A DNA stretch of 63,928 bases, filler included, from Octopus bimaculoides (taxonomy: Eukaryota): assembly GCF_001194135.2 (NCBI RefSeq). It is 4 parts of 4 records of this genome, joined end to end, with 100 filler letters (N's around TTAATTAATTAA, not from the genome) between each part and the next. Parts side by side here need not be neighbours in the genome. Positions count along the whole stretch, not along the records: positions 41,177 to 63,928 come from NC_068999.1; 3 more parts are not named here. One strand, written 5' to 3'. The translations under genes were made by a program, and so were the position numbers. The notes beneath the pieces are model-generated. The model was not told where the DNA came from. It worked only from the letters and a program-made list of their open reading frames with translations, and did no database searches. Position 1 is the stretch's first letter. Every line of letters begins with the position of its first letter. Below are positions 62,113 through 63,928 of the stretch, piece after piece.

Positions 62113-63928
62113 AAGAGACAGCTATCAAGCTTGACGGTGAGGGTGTGTGTGTGAAAGAGAGAAAGAGACTGTTAGTCACAGGAGATGAGAGAGGGGGAAT
62201 GGAGAGACAGAGATGTTGAGAGAGGGGGATGAAGCATTAGAGAAAGAGAGAGAGAGAGAGACACACACAGATGGAGTCAGCTAAAAACATCTGACAGAGG
62301 TGAAAGACGCTGCTTAATGATTGGAATGTAGGCATTTTTTTTTTTTTGTTTAACAAGGTGGTGGTGGTGGTGGTNNNNNNNNNNNNNNNNNNNNNNNNNN
62401 NNNNNNNNNNNNNNNNNNNNNNNNNNNNNNNNNNNNNNNNNNNNNNNNNNNNNNNNNNNNNNNNNNNNNNNNNNNNNNNNNNNNNNNNNNNNNNNNNNNN
62501 NNNNNNNNNNNNNNNNNNNNNNNNNNNNNNNNNNNNNNNNNNNNNNNNNNNNNNNNNNNNNNNNNNNNNNNNNNNNNNNNNNNNNNNNNNNNNNNNNNNN
62601 NNNNNNNNNNNNNNNNNNNNNNNNNNNNNNNNNNNNNNNNNNNNNNNNNNNNNNNNNNNNNNNNNNNNNNNNNNNNNNNNNNNNNNNNNNNNNNNNNNNN
62701 NNNNNNNNNNNNNNNNNNNNNNNNNNNNNNNNNNNNNNNNNNNNNNNNNNGGGGGGGGGGAAGCGAAAGAGAGAAACATGTGAACGACCTAGATGTATGT
62801 ATGTATGTACGTATATATGCGTGCATGCTTGTGTGAATGTATGTCTATATGTGTGTGTGCATGTATTTGTAAAGTGTGTCTAAATATGCAAGACAGACTT
62901 TAGTAGGTCAAAACTGTAGATATGTGAAGGGGGGGGGTAGAAAGATAGATAGATAACGACTAGAGGGAGACAGACAGATAATTAGACAGATAATGAGAGG
63001 AGGGGATGGTGTGGGTGGTAGAGAGTGCAGCAAGAGATAAACCTGTTTTTCTTTTTTGTTTTCTTTAATATTTTTCTGTTGTTGTCTAACACTCAGCACC
63101 TGTCACCCCTCAGGACAGGTGGAGGAGTCGGGTGGATCTTTTGCTTTTTTTTTAAAACTTTTTCTTTTCACTGGGGAATTTGGTTTGTTGTGGTTCCTGG
63201 TTCATACAGAAGGAGTGAAGCACAGACAGAATGTTTTATATATATATATATATAAATACACATATATATATACATATATACACACACACATATGCGCACA
63301 GAGACACTTATATACACATACACTCAACACAGAGACAGCCAGCTGGATAGAGAGATGAGAGGGTGAAATGGATTATGGTGTTCAAACTGTACATCTTCGT
63401 GAATGAAACCAGTAAATTTGAGAAACTGGACTTAAGGGATGTTGAGATGTTCATTCCATTCTTCATGGGACAATTAGCACCAAATGGATGCAGTTTAGCT
63501 GGGACAATAAAGAAACGTGTGTTGAGGACACTATCATTTGTAAACAAAAACTTTCGCATATGTCTACACACACACACACACACACGACTTGTATGCGTGT
63601 GTATGGCAGTGACAGACATACATCTCCATTCACCATCTTACAGAGGAATTTTCAAACTATTTTCGCAATTTCATCATCATCATCGTCCTCACAGTTTAAC
63701 GTCTGTTCTCCATGCTGGCATGGGTTGGACAGTTCGACTGGGGGTCTGGGAAGCCAGGAAGCTGCAGCTGCACCAGGCTCCAGTCGGATCTGGCAGAGTT
63801 TCTACAGCTGGATGCCCTTCCTAACGCCAACCACTCCGAGAGTGTAGTGGGTGCTTTTTATGTGCCACCAGTACAGGAGCCAGAGGAGGCTGGCACTGAC
63901 CACAATCGGATGGTGCTTTTTACGTGCC

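Noticed and set aside
63363-63824. 153-aa ORF
   Set aside because: Runs through (CA)n and an interspersed repeat; no splice or homology support.
1-63928. CRISPR arrays, rRNA, prokaryotic operons; long ORFs made of X or YI/HT/CV repeats
   Set aside because: No repeat-spacer periodicity or rRNA motifs seen; the sequence is eukaryotic, and those ORFs come from gaps and microsatellites.

Overview
Eukaryotic, AT-rich, repeat-dense, gapped scaffold. The SINE families and microsatellite load point to a coleoid cephalopod, most likely an octopus (inference). Two host-gene signals are supported. (1) A six-exon + strand gene at 17593-29356, assembled by hand from GT-AG sites with phase continuity, encodes a 308-aa protein with a signal peptide and no family I can name; a TATA box lies upstream. 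(2) One - strand exon at about 46253/46265-46431 matches the N-terminal region of FNDC3A/B. The rest is transposable elements (tRNA-derived SINEs, Penelope-like elements, RTE and L1/Tx1 LINE fragments, mariner remnants, MITEs), foldback hairpins, microsatellites and assembly gaps. Best leads: the orphan secreted protein; a tRNA-head element ending in a minimal hammerhead ribozyme; a Penelope GIY-YIG endonuclease split by a ~157-codon Asn/Ser-rich insert; and a change in SINE CpG decay at about 41 kb that coincides with a scaffold linker. All analysis was by eye. Repeat boundaries are approximate and no database search was run.
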